Origin: a virus
Direction: 5' to 3' (one strand)
IMG/VR virus record: IMGVR_UViG_3300011258_000777
Location: 5,893 to 69,892 of that record
DNA: 64,000 nucleotides
The notes beneath the pieces were generated by a model, which ran no database searches, was not told the DNA's origin, and worked only from the letters and a program-made list of their open reading frames with translations. Below, in pieces: positions 46,101 to 55,585 of this stretch (positions within the stretch are counted from its first letter, which is position 1; each line of letters begins with the position of its first letter). The position numbers and the translations under genes are program-made.

Positions 46101-46540
46101 GACAATAACTGAGTAACTGTTAAGGTGCCCGGAAAGTCTGCTTTTCCATACTGAGAGATCTCAAGATCTACTAAATCAGAAACTTTTAATTCTGAAAGTT
46201 TTGGTGCCGGAGCAGTGCGCCCATCAGATGTAGAATTTACATAAGTTATATATTCTTTTGAAATACTTTGAAAATCTGTTAAATTTTCAATTGTCCTTAA
46301 GATAACAAAAGCTTTTGGATTTTGATTTCTCCAAGAACTGGCAACAATTGGAGAAGGAGGTAAACTACTAATAACAGACGTTGGGCTCTGTATTAGCCTT
46401 TCAATTGCTTCTTTCTTATCTTCATCTGAAATAATTTCGGCATAAAAAGAATCATAATTTCTTAAAATTTTGTTGTTTAAGTCAACAAACTCTTCTATTG
46501 AATACGAAAGTAATTCTTCTGAATCTTTACACAAAGCCAT
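43136..46540 (-). CDS. large putative baseplate hub / tail-associated protein
   Basis: Follows the LysM-like gene; C-terminal PGTYIYV...GGYYMITRSEHSI...TKITA resembles the hub (gp27/late control D) C-terminus. Confidence 0.55.
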   Translation of the reverse strand: MALCKDSEELLSYSIEEFVDLNNKILRNYDSFYAEIISDEDKKEAIERLIQSPTSVISSLPPSPIVASSWRNQNPKAFVILRTIENLTDFQSISKEYITYVNSTSDGRTAPAPKLSELKVSDLVDLEISQYGKADFPGTLTVTQLLSELCKQEMPYDSDSILKLDIQGIVSKEFENLEDALVPPWLSVSEKEQLLLSDEGAKKTLESEQDRTKRKSENINTQIFANKAIYQEQCFLLSQLTTLIKLKRTNHRPRLPYIKAVSAVRGKSEKEKTEQKTETINRNAPILIYDEPFGFINRLTQAPYSRELFNLTTDKLSSLVPTIKLYKVQTDPGTGKDVGYIEIKFDTNPAVKSYAGEKSALDLFRNSKKRGVGVGLKDFNFTFHGSDPFAAKKAIEAKLSIFATSFGDLIQDRRGDYTALAQEFSTTAPLANYKFADLALKTGRTPDDLKTKMAAIQKDNLDKLNFRLKVVMGWAIPQNYLSTFTKQEREAVNDSFININLTPTTHEFSFDEMGGVGFDINYLAYIEDYFNNSMFNIFSSKGIEGNRIGRKLFYEFLTNEKCEADEISKAKEVDVGFIQQEKAQSFAKIMMQLNNQKKILYYNLDYKQISTFLQTGRLAGGIPKPTNDSGPNVQKLRDAFKTAINHAGTEGDNIIEGLQVSLVSTSRESNKISFFYISDLIDVIMQNIEESLEKLTSDLNGGDKSAFNYYDKISKTDQDFIKIKKEYEKFLDQVTSSEVVEYNDGSSATIIKKTSIAKEIEKLMKAKEQFKKLRIILGPMEVKDPFNENKTSFCSIGDIPISLNYFTEFLTEKVLSKEQAYYPITNFIKDITNELIRNFINNDSCFSFNTKQRVRLNSSVITGFNRTENSMGTDDITYFIKSNPTTYGPGNVFNLSDPKARRIKPVINISGPSRLPVDLAQPDREINYYVFYAGRAYPVEKMQGNEEQDAKDGIFHYILGKDRGIVKNISLDRTDMTGLKELRFEQEGFDGLTQLREVYNANIDCLLNMHTFPGTYIYVDPRGFSPEMRKDENGNDFTQFGIGGYYMITRSEHSIGPGKADTKITAKWVADTGGGNGVNNNKKPATSEEQDKPKKCTASRRKGSLKDDNHLMMSDTVLDFWAKASHDNGFFIGD

Positions 46541-46543
46541 CTA

Positions 46544-46885
46544 TCACGCTCCCAAGACCAGCAAAGCTTCGCTGATGTTTAATGGAATCTCAAGCACATC
46601 GCCCGTGTTTGCTTCGGCTTCTGTGGGAATGCCGTTAAACCATGCAATAACCCACCAATAGCGGGCATCGCCATAGTATTGATGTGCGAGATTATAAAAT
46701 CTATCTCCGTATTTCCAGATGTGTGTGGAAGTCTTTAGTCTCATTCTGTCGGAGACTGTTGGTTGTCTTAAGCGTGGTGTTGTAAATTGTTCTATTTGCT
46801 TTACACCTCTGCGCTCACGCAACTCTCTGTAGAAGTCTGTGTCGTTTATGATTGTTTGTGATGTAAAGTTTTTGATGTCGCTCAT
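46544..46885 (-). CDS. LysM/tail-X-like baseplate wedge protein
   Basis: GDRFYNLAHQYYGDARYWWVIAWFN...GDVLEIP. Confidence 0.8.
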   Translation of the reverse strand: MSDIKNFTSQTIINDTDFYRELRERRGVKQIEQFTTPRLRQPTVSDRMRLKTSTHIWKYGDRFYNLAHQYYGDARYWWVIAWFNGIPTEAEANTGDVLEIPLNISEALLVLGA

Positions 46886-47913
46886 TCTATGAATTCCTCA
46901 ATGTATCCTTCTATTCCTTCTTTAAGCGCCGAATCGGCACCTTCAATATCAGCCATTGAACCTTCAGACAATCTAACCAAAGCCTTATCGTTACCTCTCC
47001 CTGCTCTGCGAACATCTGCGTTCATTCTCATATTTCCTAAGACGCCACCATAGCGTGCTTTTGCATTATCAATGTGCTGCTGTCTTACTTTTCTTGCTTG
47101 CTCTTCCGCTTTCTCTTTTTCAACTTGTTCTTTGTAAGCTGGTAGGGCGTTAGCCGGAGAGCCAAGTAGAATGTTCTCGTTTGTTTTGACTCCGTAAGGA
47201 AATAGATTATTTGTTTGTTGATTATTATCTCCCCAGCCTATAGTTGTTTCGTGAATAGGAGAGAACCCAAGGCTTAGTTCAATGTTTTTAGGAAGAATCG
47301 TGTTGATTCCTTTATGAAAAACGCCATCATCACCAGTAATGTTGTGATTAACTGAAAGGTTATCAATAATTCCGAGTAGTCCTCGATCTGATTCCGAAGT
47401 TGATTGATATTGAATAAAGAATTCTTTTTCATTATCAACATCGTCGGTTGCTATAAGGTCATCAATACTATCTGAAAATGAAGTAGAACTTTTCTGCAAC
47501 AAGTTCATGACCTTCATTCTTATGAGAGGTGATTGAGTCATGTTTAGGGCATTATTAGAATCTCCGGTGTAAGAAGCATAGAGCATTTGCTCAAGGGCTG
47601 AGACTCTTCCAAGATTTTCGTAAGCTTCGCCCTCACTCGCGGCGGGGACTTCAATAGTCAACGAGATTTTTCTTGTTGTGTTCTTGTACTGATAGATTGG
47701 ATCTGTTCTGCCAAATGCCTCTGTTGGGGTAAAGTTGGAATTGTAAGTTTCAGTAAAAGCCATTATAAAAGCCTTGAAAAACACACTCCTGCCTGAAGGG
47801 ACGTGATAGAAAGAGATGACCATTTCTCTTTGGTTTGCGAGTGAATCGGAACCATCTACGAGTGTTGGTGATTCATCTTGGTATTTTCTTACATCAAATA
47901 GTTTTTGTGCCAT
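46882..47913 (-). CDS. baseplate tube-initiator-like protein
   Basis: FKAFI..F.ETY...FGRTDPIY.Y..TTRKISL; located directly after the tape measure. Confidence 0.65.
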   Translation of the reverse strand: MAQKLFDVRKYQDESPTLVDGSDSLANQREMVISFYHVPSGRSVFFKAFIMAFTETYNSNFTPTEAFGRTDPIYQYKNTTRKISLTIEVPAASEGEAYENLGRVSALEQMLYASYTGDSNNALNMTQSPLIRMKVMNLLQKSSTSFSDSIDDLIATDDVDNEKEFFIQYQSTSESDRGLLGIIDNLSVNHNITGDDGVFHKGINTILPKNIELSLGFSPIHETTIGWGDNNQQTNNLFPYGVKTNENILLGSPANALPAYKEQVEKEKAEEQARKVRQQHIDNAKARYGGVLGNMRMNADVRRAGRGNDKALVRLSEGSMADIEGADSALKEGIEGYIEEFIE

Positions 47914-47924
47914 CTTATAGTCTC

Positions 47925-50021
47925 CTACACCATCGCCGCGCTTCTAGCAAATTTACCCATCACGCCTTCGCCGACCTTCTTGCCGTCGAGTTCTACGATG
48001 ATGTTCTGGTTGCTTTGTTGACCATAGTTATTTGTCGTGTTGTTCACTGCATTATCGACTGCGCTCGACATTACATTGCTATTAGCAATTGTTTGAGCCC
48101 CTGCCCTACCGGCTGCCGCTTTGTTCATTGAACCTCTCATTTTTCCAACAGAGGTTGTTGTATCTTCTGTTTCTACACCGAACTTTTTGGTAGCTCCGGT
48201 TAGTTTATCAAATCTACCTGCTGTTTCGAGCAATCCATCAAACAGTGTTGGAGAACTATGGTCAACAAAAAAAGCTAACCTCAAGCCAGTAACTATAGAA
48301 ATCAACCCTGCTATAGCGCTTATGACCGCCATAATAGGTCCAAGAGTTGCTACTGCTGCAATTGCCATCGCGCCAAGTGAAATTAACACCAGACCAAGGA
48401 ACATCCTTATCTCATCTCCATAGGTAGTAACAAAATCAGCAAATACGGTAGCAAACTCCCCTATTGATTCAACAAGCGGAGTGATAACAGGCAGCAGTGA
48501 ATAAAGAGCATTTTTTAATTGTTCTTGGACTGACTGAAAATCTGCCGCCATCTTGGCTGCATTTTCGTAATCAGCAGATGTCTTGCCTATTTCTCCGTTT
48601 AGTGAACCCATGTTACCTGACATTACTAGAGCCAATTCGCTTACGTCTTGTAGCCCCATTGCATCTTTGTAGAAATTCTTCTGATAGTAAGACATATCAT
48701 CAAATGCCAAGCCAGCATCAAGAACAGAGTCTCTAATCATTTCAAAGCGCTCAACTGGATCGGTTGCCGTCATTAATTCCATAGCATTCACAAAGTTGCC
48801 ACCTAAAGCAGCGTTTAGTTTGCCTGCTTGTGTAGCTGCACCCTCAAAGGTGTCGAATTTTTCGGTAATAGCGAGAAGCCTGCTGACTTCAAGACCTGTA
48901 ATCTTGGAGGCGATAGCCAAGTCTTTAAACGCCTTGGTGCCATCACGACCTAATTTCGCAAGCTGGGGACCTGCGGCAGCAAAACTTGCAGCCATCTTTG
49001 ATGGTTCAACTCCGATGTCTCTTGCTAAGGCATTTAACTCAAGCTGTGTTTGTGCTGCGCCTGTTGCGGTCTCGCTGAGAGCTTTTGTCGAAAGCTGTAA
49101 TCCTTTAGCAACATCTGCGCCTGCAATACCCAGAGCGCTTAAGACGGTGGTGGTATTTTGGATTTCACCCCTCTCATTCTTATTGATCATTGTAAAATCA
49201 GTAAAGCCAGATCTTAGAGCCTTGGAAGCTTCAAATGCTTTCTTCATTTCTCTATCAAAAGCCCTAGTGGCTTCCCCGGCTTCTATAATAGACATTGAAA
49301 ATTCTTTCGTAGCGCCAGTAGTCTTCATAAACTCCCTGCGTACATTTTCTATCTCAAGGGCAAGATCGAACTCTGCTTTCAAAAGCTTTATTGAGGCAGC
49401 CGCTCCGACCATTCCTGCTGCAAAACCGCCAACAGCCAAGCTTCCTTTGCTGCCCATTTTAGCCATTTCGCCCTCAAAGTTACCTATTTGTTTTTGAATA
49501 AATTTGTTATTCTTTACAAAGTCTTTTCCTACACCAGATAGAACACTCTTTAGATCGCCTTTAAGGGCGCTCTTGAGCATACCTGAATACTTCTCTATAC
49601 TCTTGGTACCCTCTTCGGTCTCTTTGTTTAGATTCTTTTGAGCATTTTTAGCTTCTTTTAAATCTTCTACAAGTTCTCCAATCTCATCGCCATTTCTTTT
49701 TCTTAGTGAGATTTCTTCTTGCAAATTCTCAATTGTTTGAGAATAATAATCGTTAAGCAGTTTTTGTTTTTCGGCGTATCTTCCCGCTTCTTCTGCTTGC
49801 TTTTTAGTTTCTGCGGTTTGGGCTTTCTGCGATTCTAAAATCAGTTTTCTTTTAGCTATTTCTTGTTCTAAATTTTCATTTGACTGATTTTGTGAGGCGG
49901 CAACTCTTTCATTAGCGACAACAGTATCGTTAAGTAATTTATTGTTGACCTCAGTCAAAGCTTCGATCTGTTTCGTCAAAGCCTCAAAGGCAATTCTTAA
50001 CTGTTGCGGATCGTCTGGCAT
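47925..50021 (-). CDS. tail tape measure protein
   Basis: 698 aa, A/G/K-rich helical, with hydrophobic segments; directly follows the tail chaperone genes. Confidence 0.8.
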   Translation of the reverse strand: MPDDPQQLRIAFEALTKQIEALTEVNNKLLNDTVVANERVAASQNQSNENLEQEIAKRKLILESQKAQTAETKKQAEEAGRYAEKQKLLNDYYSQTIENLQEEISLRKRNGDEIGELVEDLKEAKNAQKNLNKETEEGTKSIEKYSGMLKSALKGDLKSVLSGVGKDFVKNNKFIQKQIGNFEGEMAKMGSKGSLAVGGFAAGMVGAAASIKLLKAEFDLALEIENVRREFMKTTGATKEFSMSIIEAGEATRAFDREMKKAFEASKALRSGFTDFTMINKNERGEIQNTTTVLSALGIAGADVAKGLQLSTKALSETATGAAQTQLELNALARDIGVEPSKMAASFAAAGPQLAKLGRDGTKAFKDLAIASKITGLEVSRLLAITEKFDTFEGAATQAGKLNAALGGNFVNAMELMTATDPVERFEMIRDSVLDAGLAFDDMSYYQKNFYKDAMGLQDVSELALVMSGNMGSLNGEIGKTSADYENAAKMAADFQSVQEQLKNALYSLLPVITPLVESIGEFATVFADFVTTYGDEIRMFLGLVLISLGAMAIAAVATLGPIMAVISAIAGLISIVTGLRLAFFVDHSSPTLFDGLLETAGRFDKLTGATKKFGVETEDTTTSVGKMRGSMNKAAAGRAGAQTIANSNVMSSAVDNAVNNTTNNYGQQSNQNIIVELDGKKVGEGVMGKFARSAAMV

Positions 50022-50040
50022 CTAATGTTACCTCTCCCTA

Positions 50041-50047
50041 TAAATAG
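50041..50047 (-). promoter_or_regulatory. CTATTTA putative late-promoter motif upstream of the tape measure
   Basis: GGCTATTTATAG before the GGAGAGG RBS. Confidence 0.6.
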
Positions 50048-50066
50048 CCATCTATGCAAAAAGCAA

Positions 50067-50084
50067 GGGCTCCCGAAGGAGCCC
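50067..50084 (-). terminator. UUCG-loop terminator
   Basis: GGGCTCC-TTCG-GGAGCCC then TTGCTTTTT. Confidence 0.75.
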
Positions 50085-50088
50085 AAAT

Positions 50089-50347
50089 CTATCTAGCATA
50101 TTCTTTTGGAATAGATGGTTGGTTGGAGGGGGTCAACTCTTGATAAGAAGAATTTGAATTACCCTTAGAAGCTTTCTTGATCGCTTCTGATTCCATCTCA
50201 AGCTGCTTGATGGTCCGCTGAACGAACCACCTTCTCAGCCCTAGAGGTAAGCTATAAGCCTCCGAAAAACTCCAACCGCCGTTATACTTGAGGAAGAAAA
50301 TTTCTTCATAAACCCCCTCGTTATACTCGTCGGTCAGGCCAAAAAAA
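50089..50347 (-). CDS. tail assembly chaperone C-terminal extension (probably reached by frameshift)
   Basis: YEEIFFLKY.GGWS..EAYSLP...RRWF resembles the small hub/TAC chaperone C-terminus; no early ATG or RBS; overlaps the upstream gene at a T7 run. Confidence 0.6.
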
Positions 50348-51151
50348 GTCCGCAGTGAGCGGCACCTCCATATCTTGTGTGTGCCCACAAGCAGAACAAG
50401 AGAAGTGCTGTGTTAGATCAACATTGGGAGTAGCCATCTTGATAATCATTCTTAGATGACGAGAATCAAATGATGGCAAGTTGTTGGCAACATAGTCAAT
50501 AGCTTGTGCAGAGGCATCTCCATTAGCACTTACAATAATAGATTGAAGTTGTGTTGAAATTAAGCCCCTATTGTTGTCTAAATTAAGTAGAGTCTTTTCT
50601 TCTCGACCTGTCAATAATCTGGCGACAACCGTAATCTGTGTCTTGGGCAAAATGCAGGTGATCGTTCCATCACCATTATCTGTGACTTCTAGTTCTCTTT
50701 TGGTCTCGCCGTAGACAATGTTAGCAGAGTTTAAGTCAAACCCATAATCCTGTTTTGTTTCACAAGAAGGACATTGAACACTGGTTTTGTAATCATTGCC
50801 GTAACCAGAAACTCTAGCAGCGATAATGATTGCGTTGCGATCACCAATGAGTAATGTAGAAGGGTTGATCGCCTTGTTCACGATAAGGCTTTCGATTAAT
50901 TTATCAAGTGCTACGCCTTTCTTTAGGAGTGTTCTCGAAGTGAGAATGTCCTCTTCTTTAGCAGTCATTTGTTTGATTTCGATAGAGTCTTGTCCGTGTA
51001 ACGGATGTCCCTGTGCATAGAAGCGCCCTTGTGAGGGCAGATCCACAAACTCTGTGGGGACTACAAACGAGAAACCCCCACCACCTTGTTGGGGTGGAGG
51101 GCTCGTATCAGGCTGTTGAGCGCCGCCTAGGCGATCCTGATTTCTTGACAA
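50321..51151 (-). CDS. T4 gp26-like baseplate hub / tail assembly chaperone
   Basis: VDLPSQG.FY, MTAKEEDIL, GDR.AI...AR..GYG, CPSC and CSAC; lies between tube and tape measure. Confidence 0.8.
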   Translation of the reverse strand: MSRNQDRLGGAQQPDTSPPPQQGGGGFSFVVPTEFVDLPSQGRFYAQGHPLHGQDSIEIKQMTAKEEDILTSRTLLKKGVALDKLIESLIVNKAINPSTLLIGDRNAIIIAARVSGYGNDYKTSVQCPSCETKQDYGFDLNSANIVYGETKRELEVTDNGDGTITCILPKTQITVVARLLTGREEKTLLNLDNNRGLISTQLQSIIVSANGDASAQAIDYVANNLPSFDSRHLRMIIKMATPNVDLTQHFSCSACGHTQDMEVPLTADFFWPDRRV

Positions 51152-51180
51152 TTTACACCTCGCGTTTAGTTATTGTCTTA

Positions 51181-51768
51181 TTAGGCTTTGAAGAATTCGT
51201 TGCCACCGGAACCGTTGACAGCAGAAGAATTGTTGAGTGTCTCAACTCTTGCCCAGTCAAAGCGAAGTTCTACGGTTGTTGTAGATAGTTCGTCACTTGT
51301 GTAGTCAAGGTCATCTTGCTTTAGGCTTGTCATGAATGCATTCCATAGGGTCCAAGACTCTACTGGGTTGCCGTCTCCATCAAGCTGGGTGATTAGAACG
51401 GTTCCAAGAGCGCCTGTAGCCTTTGCCTTAGAGACAGTGCCTAGGGAGTTAGCATCGGTCGGTGGGGTGTAGCCAGAAGCAACCATAATGTCGGCAAAAG
51501 TGGCAGTAACATCTGGGTCAACTGGATCCACTAGGGTGACTGTTACTTGGTCCCAGGTTACATTTCCTGGGTAGTAGAAGGTGTGACCAAGGTATTTGTG
51601 CTCAGCAGCATTTACGCTGAAGCTGGGCTTTTGGGCTGTTTTAGCGTACCAAAGGAGCGCGCCACCCTGGGCTGCGTTGATTCCTTGGAACTCCACAGTA
51701 AAGCGATGTTTACGCTTTGGATCTTTTAGTGTTGTATCTTGACCGAAGTTGGTTGACCAGAATGGCAT
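51181..51768 (-). CDS. gp19: tail tube protein
   Basis: PKRKHRF, KPSF, YYPG..TW..VTVTL.D, W.L..AF, LDY, LRFDWA; follows the sheath. Confidence 0.88.
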   Translation of the reverse strand: MPFWSTNFGQDTTLKDPKRKHRFTVEFQGINAAQGGALLWYAKTAQKPSFSVNAAEHKYLGHTFYYPGNVTWDQVTVTLVDPVDPDVTATFADIMVASGYTPPTDANSLGTVSKAKATGALGTVLITQLDGDGNPVESWTLWNAFMTSLKQDDLDYTSDELSTTTVELRFDWARVETLNNSSAVNGSGGNEFFKA

Positions 51769-51794
51769 TTGTTAAGTTCTCCTATGTTCACAAA

Positions 51795-51822
51795 TAAGTA
51801 GTTGGTGGGGGCAAAAGCCCCC
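51795..51822 (-). promoter_or_regulatory. GC hairpin plus CTACTTA motif variant between sheath and tube genes
   Basis: GGGGGC-TTTT-GCCCCC with no U tract, then AACTACTTAT. Confidence 0.45.
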
Positions 51823-51827
51823 GTTTA

Positions 51828-54602
51828 TCAATCGTCGAATGATGCGCCGGTAGAAGCTACCACAAAATCAATTGCGATGTATTCAATGGCGCGTGCTGGC
51901 TTGACCATGATCTTGGCATACATGATGTTCTGATCAACTAGGTCAGGGGTTGTTGTGCTCTCGTCGAGGATGAGGCGGTAATCAGAGATACCGAACTGAA
52001 CCTTGACGTTGGCTAGGAATGGCTCGACTAGACCCTTGAAGCGGTTCCAAGTTGCCTGCACATTCTGCTCGAAGAGAATCTGTGTAGATAGGATGGAAAT
52101 TTGCTTCTTGAGATAGATGACTAGACGACGCACGTTGATGCGGTCTAGAGCAGATGGGCGCTCTTGTAGGGTCTTCTGACCGAACACTACGATGCCGGAG
52201 CTTGGGAAGCTAGCAATCGGGTTGATGCGAGCATCGTAGAGGGTGTCGCGGTCGCGAGAAGATAGACGCTCAGTTACGTTTGTAACAGGAATTCCAGCAG
52301 CACCGTCGGATAGACCACCGCGGTTAAAGCCTGCGGGAGCGAACCAGACCTGTGATGATCTCTCAGAGCTTGCTAGGACGCCCATCATAGCGATAGAGGG
52401 CGGAATCCATAGAAGCTGACCAGTCGGCTCGTCTTGAGTCTGAACCCAGGGGTAGAATGTAGCACCGTAAGAAGAGTCAATCTGACGTGTTCTTAGGGCG
52501 TTAGCAGCACCTTGTGGGGTTCCAACGACTCTATCTTGCTTAGAATCAGAGATCCCTTCAGCGGCGGGCTTGTAGACGTTAGGTAGGTCGATGATAGCCA
52601 TAGCGTCAGCGCGCTCTTCACAGACATCAACCATTCTGGTTGTTAGTCCTGTGTTGGTGAGACCGGGGACGGCAAGGAGGTTCATGTCGATGAACTCTGG
52701 ATCCGCTACTGTGTCGATTGCTCTCTTCATAGAGTTGTAGGCGTAGTTATCTAGATCGCTACCTCCATCCATTCCAGCGTTGTACATTGGGTCTGGCTTG
52801 GTGATGTCGAATCCATCAAAGCCACCCCAGATTGGAGCAGTGAAGCGGTTGTAACCAGCATCGAGTAGGGCTGAACTGTTCTGCTCGGCTGTGTAGCTTG
52901 TTCCTGCTACGCGAGAACCAGAAGAGTAGTAAACATTGCTTCCGCTGACTATGATGTCGTCCATTGTGAAAATGTAAGCATAGTCATTACCACCTGTGAT
53001 TCCTGGCCACTGCCTGTGAGGGTCGGAAACACTCATGTCTGGGATAGTGCTTGCGGCAGTTCTTGTTGTCTGCATTCCAAAGTAAGCGTTGCGTCTATCA
53101 GCGATTCCGCCATCTGAAGCAGAGTGGCGCAGTCTGACTGATGGCCAAACAAATGTTCCAGAGAACTGAGTTGTTCCAGATAGCATCCCTTGTGAACCAT
53201 AGACAGAAGATGTTAAGACCATTACATTAGATAGGTCTTCAGTTCCAGTGAAGGCAAGACCACTTACACCGCCGTAGCGGGGAGCACCGTAGTAACCGAA
53301 CGGGAGTAGAGCAGCATCAGTTGCGCCAGCCTCTACGTCAGAGTTCATAACAACATAGACGAATTTAGATAGGTTACCGTAGTCTCCGTATTGCTTTAGC
53401 TCACGATCGGTCTCACTCCACTCGTAGTAAGAGTCACCAATCTTTCTAGCAATAAAGTTGGGAGATGTAGGATCGAGTGTTAGGTTGTCGAATCTTTCGA
53501 GAACAGACACTCTTGCGTCTGTGTCTCTTAGGTTTCTTAGGACAACAGAGAAAGTTCCGTATTCAGAGGTCTTCGTGTTAGAGGGGCGAACCTGCTCGAT
53601 AGAGATCTTAACATTTTTGTTTAGCCACTCGTTGTGTCCGCGATCCTTCAAGTAGAAGAGTTTCTGAGCGTTGGCGGGATTGTAAGAACCCGGTAGACCT
53701 AGGTCTTGACCGATGAACCAACCAGTTTGAGCCTTGAGTTCTGTTCTACCTGTCATGTCTGAAGGAGATGCGTCCGCGTTCTTTAGAGGAGCAATCATAG
53801 CAAATTTAGCGCCACTGAAGGTGTCTCTTATTTCTTGCTCGAATGTCTCTCCAAGCCAGTAAGCCTTTCTTGAGCCGCTTGGGTAGAAGCCAGTAGCCCC
53901 GATGTTACCAACCTGCGGGTTAGTGTTGAAGACTTTGCGGACAAACTTATCAGAACTGTCATCAAAATTGAAAGTAATCTTCTCATCAGAGACACCCGCA
54001 ACATTAGAAGTAACAAAGGCGGTAAAGTCGCCGGATGAATCTTGTGTGTAGACACCGCCAACTGAAGCACTAGTGTCTGTGCTCTGTGCTAAGGTTCCAG
54101 ATAGAAGGACAGCAGAACCAGAGTCTATGTACCAAGCGGCTGCTAATGTTCCTGTGCCCAATGTTGCAGCAGAAGAAGAGCCGAAAATCCATAGACCGTA
54201 AGCGCCGCCATTAGATGCGAGCGCAGCGGCTGGAATGTTTGTTGTCTTCCAGCCGTTCTTACCAGTAGTAGCATTAATGTTCTGCTCGCCGGCAAGACGA
54301 ACATAGGTAAGGGGCGCAACATTTGACTTAAGGAAAGCCTTAGCAGCGTAGGTGCCGTACATTGGGGACTGGTAGTTACCATCGCGGTAAACATCACCGC
54401 CACCGTTTCCTGGGACTGTGTCTCCAAAGATTTCAACGAAATCGGAGTATGATTCGACCTTGATAGGTTGCATGGCGGGACCTCTTGCGGCACGACCAAT
54501 AACTACTGGACCGATGGCGTCTGGTCTACGTGGACGGAAAGAGTTATCAATCTCGTTGATAAACACGCCGGGAGACACAAACTTAAAGCTTTTAACTGAC
54601 AT
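51828..54602 (-). CDS. gp18: contractile tail sheath protein
   Basis: SPGVFINEID N-terminus; YPWV, WFAPAG.NRG, INPI, FGQKTLQ, LDRINVRRL, FEQN. Confidence 0.96.
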   Translation of the reverse strand: MSVKSFKFVSPGVFINEIDNSFRPRRPDAIGPVVIGRAARGPAMQPIKVESYSDFVEIFGDTVPGNGGGDVYRDGNYQSPMYGTYAAKAFLKSNVAPLTYVRLAGEQNINATTGKNGWKTTNIPAAALASNGGAYGLWIFGSSSAATLGTGTLAAAWYIDSGSAVLLSGTLAQSTDTSASVGGVYTQDSSGDFTAFVTSNVAGVSDEKITFNFDDSSDKFVRKVFNTNPQVGNIGATGFYPSGSRKAYWLGETFEQEIRDTFSGAKFAMIAPLKNADASPSDMTGRTELKAQTGWFIGQDLGLPGSYNPANAQKLFYLKDRGHNEWLNKNVKISIEQVRPSNTKTSEYGTFSVVLRNLRDTDARVSVLERFDNLTLDPTSPNFIARKIGDSYYEWSETDRELKQYGDYGNLSKFVYVVMNSDVEAGATDAALLPFGYYGAPRYGGVSGLAFTGTEDLSNVMVLTSSVYGSQGMLSGTTQFSGTFVWPSVRLRHSASDGGIADRRNAYFGMQTTRTAASTIPDMSVSDPHRQWPGITGGNDYAYIFTMDDIIVSGSNVYYSSGSRVAGTSYTAEQNSSALLDAGYNRFTAPIWGGFDGFDITKPDPMYNAGMDGGSDLDNYAYNSMKRAIDTVADPEFIDMNLLAVPGLTNTGLTTRMVDVCEERADAMAIIDLPNVYKPAAEGISDSKQDRVVGTPQGAANALRTRQIDSSYGATFYPWVQTQDEPTGQLLWIPPSIAMMGVLASSERSSQVWFAPAGFNRGGLSDGAAGIPVTNVTERLSSRDRDTLYDARINPIASFPSSGIVVFGQKTLQERPSALDRINVRRLVIYLKKQISILSTQILFEQNVQATWNRFKGLVEPFLANVKVQFGISDYRLILDESTTTPDLVDQNIMYAKIMVKPARAIEYIAIDFVVASTGASFDD

Positions 54603-54657
54603 TCTAGAAACCTCTCTTTTGTAAAAATAATGCTAGATAGCATCGCTAATCATAGTT

Positions 54658-54664
54658 TAAATAG
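54658..54664 (-). promoter_or_regulatory. CTATTTA putative late-promoter motif upstream of the sheath
   Basis: TACTATTTAAA in the intergenic region. Confidence 0.6.
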
Positions 54665-54697
54665 TAGTGTTGAAACCCAAAACACTTCAGGATGTGT

Positions 54698-55585
54698 CTA
54701 GTCCATTAAAAAGTTATCACTACCTGCTGGGACAACTGTTTCTCGCGGATAGGTTATTTCTACTACGCTTTCTTCTTTGGTAACAATAGGTCTGTCGTCG
54801 CTATTACCTTCGCCGATTAAATAGCCGAGAACCTTGATGCTCACCTCACTTGTAAATTGCCTTTCGTCCTCTCCTAGATTAGCTACGTTGTTGCTTTGGC
54901 TAAACCCTTGGTCGATGAAAGCCTCGTAAAGATGACCATTTCTACGCATTATGAAAGAGTTTATTTGACCTGTTCTCGTCATAAAAGGCTGTGTAAGATC
55001 ATTCATTTGCTGTTGGTATTCGGTTTTGACTATTATCTTGTAATCAAGATTGACGTAGATAGGAATAGGAATAGATAAAGTTTCAACAACAACCTTCTTA
55101 TTTACTCTCGGGAAGTATTTCTGCCTATCCCCTGATGTGTTTGTGCGTGTGTTTCCGACTACTGCGAAGTTGCGAGTCTTATCTTGCTTTATTCTCTTGG
55201 CTATAGTCATTCGACCTGTTCTGCCATTTCGTTTATTAGAGAAAATCTGTGCCTGATAGCCACCCTTTCTTGAAGGATCTTTTGTTATTGCTGTTCTCTC
55301 GACTGTAACCACGGGAAGAGTGATGGCACCAGAGCTATGATCGTCGGGCTCTCTAAGATCTCTGTTGTTTTTGATTTGAAATGCTCGCTCGGGGGTCTGC
55401 CACAAAACAGGCACACGCTTGTAGCCTTCGTTTGTTGTTGTGGTGAGATCCAGATCTTCTTTGATCCAAGACATCATCGCATAGTCTATGTCCTCTATGC
55501 GAGAACCTAGCATTCCTATCTCTTGTAGAGTGAAGTCTTTCTTGTCTTCTGGTAGTTGTGCAAAATCAAAGTTATCAGGTAGCAT
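54698..55585 (-). CDS. tail completion / sheath terminator (gp15-like) protein
   Basis: VPVLWQTPER, LPVVTVER, PIYVNLDY; lies between neck and sheath; start reassigned to ATG 55585. Confidence 0.65.
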   Translation of the reverse strand: MLPDNFDFAQLPEDKKDFTLQEIGMLGSRIEDIDYAMMSWIKEDLDLTTTTNEGYKRVPVLWQTPERAFQIKNNRDLREPDDHSSGAITLPVVTVERTAITKDPSRKGGYQAQIFSNKRNGRTGRMTIAKRIKQDKTRNFAVVGNTRTNTSGDRQKYFPRVNKKVVVETLSIPIPIYVNLDYKIIVKTEYQQQMNDLTQPFMTRTGQINSFIMRRNGHLYEAFIDQGFSQSNNVANLGEDERQFTSEVSIKVLGYLIGEGNSDDRPIVTKEESVVEITYPRETVVPAGSDNFLMD

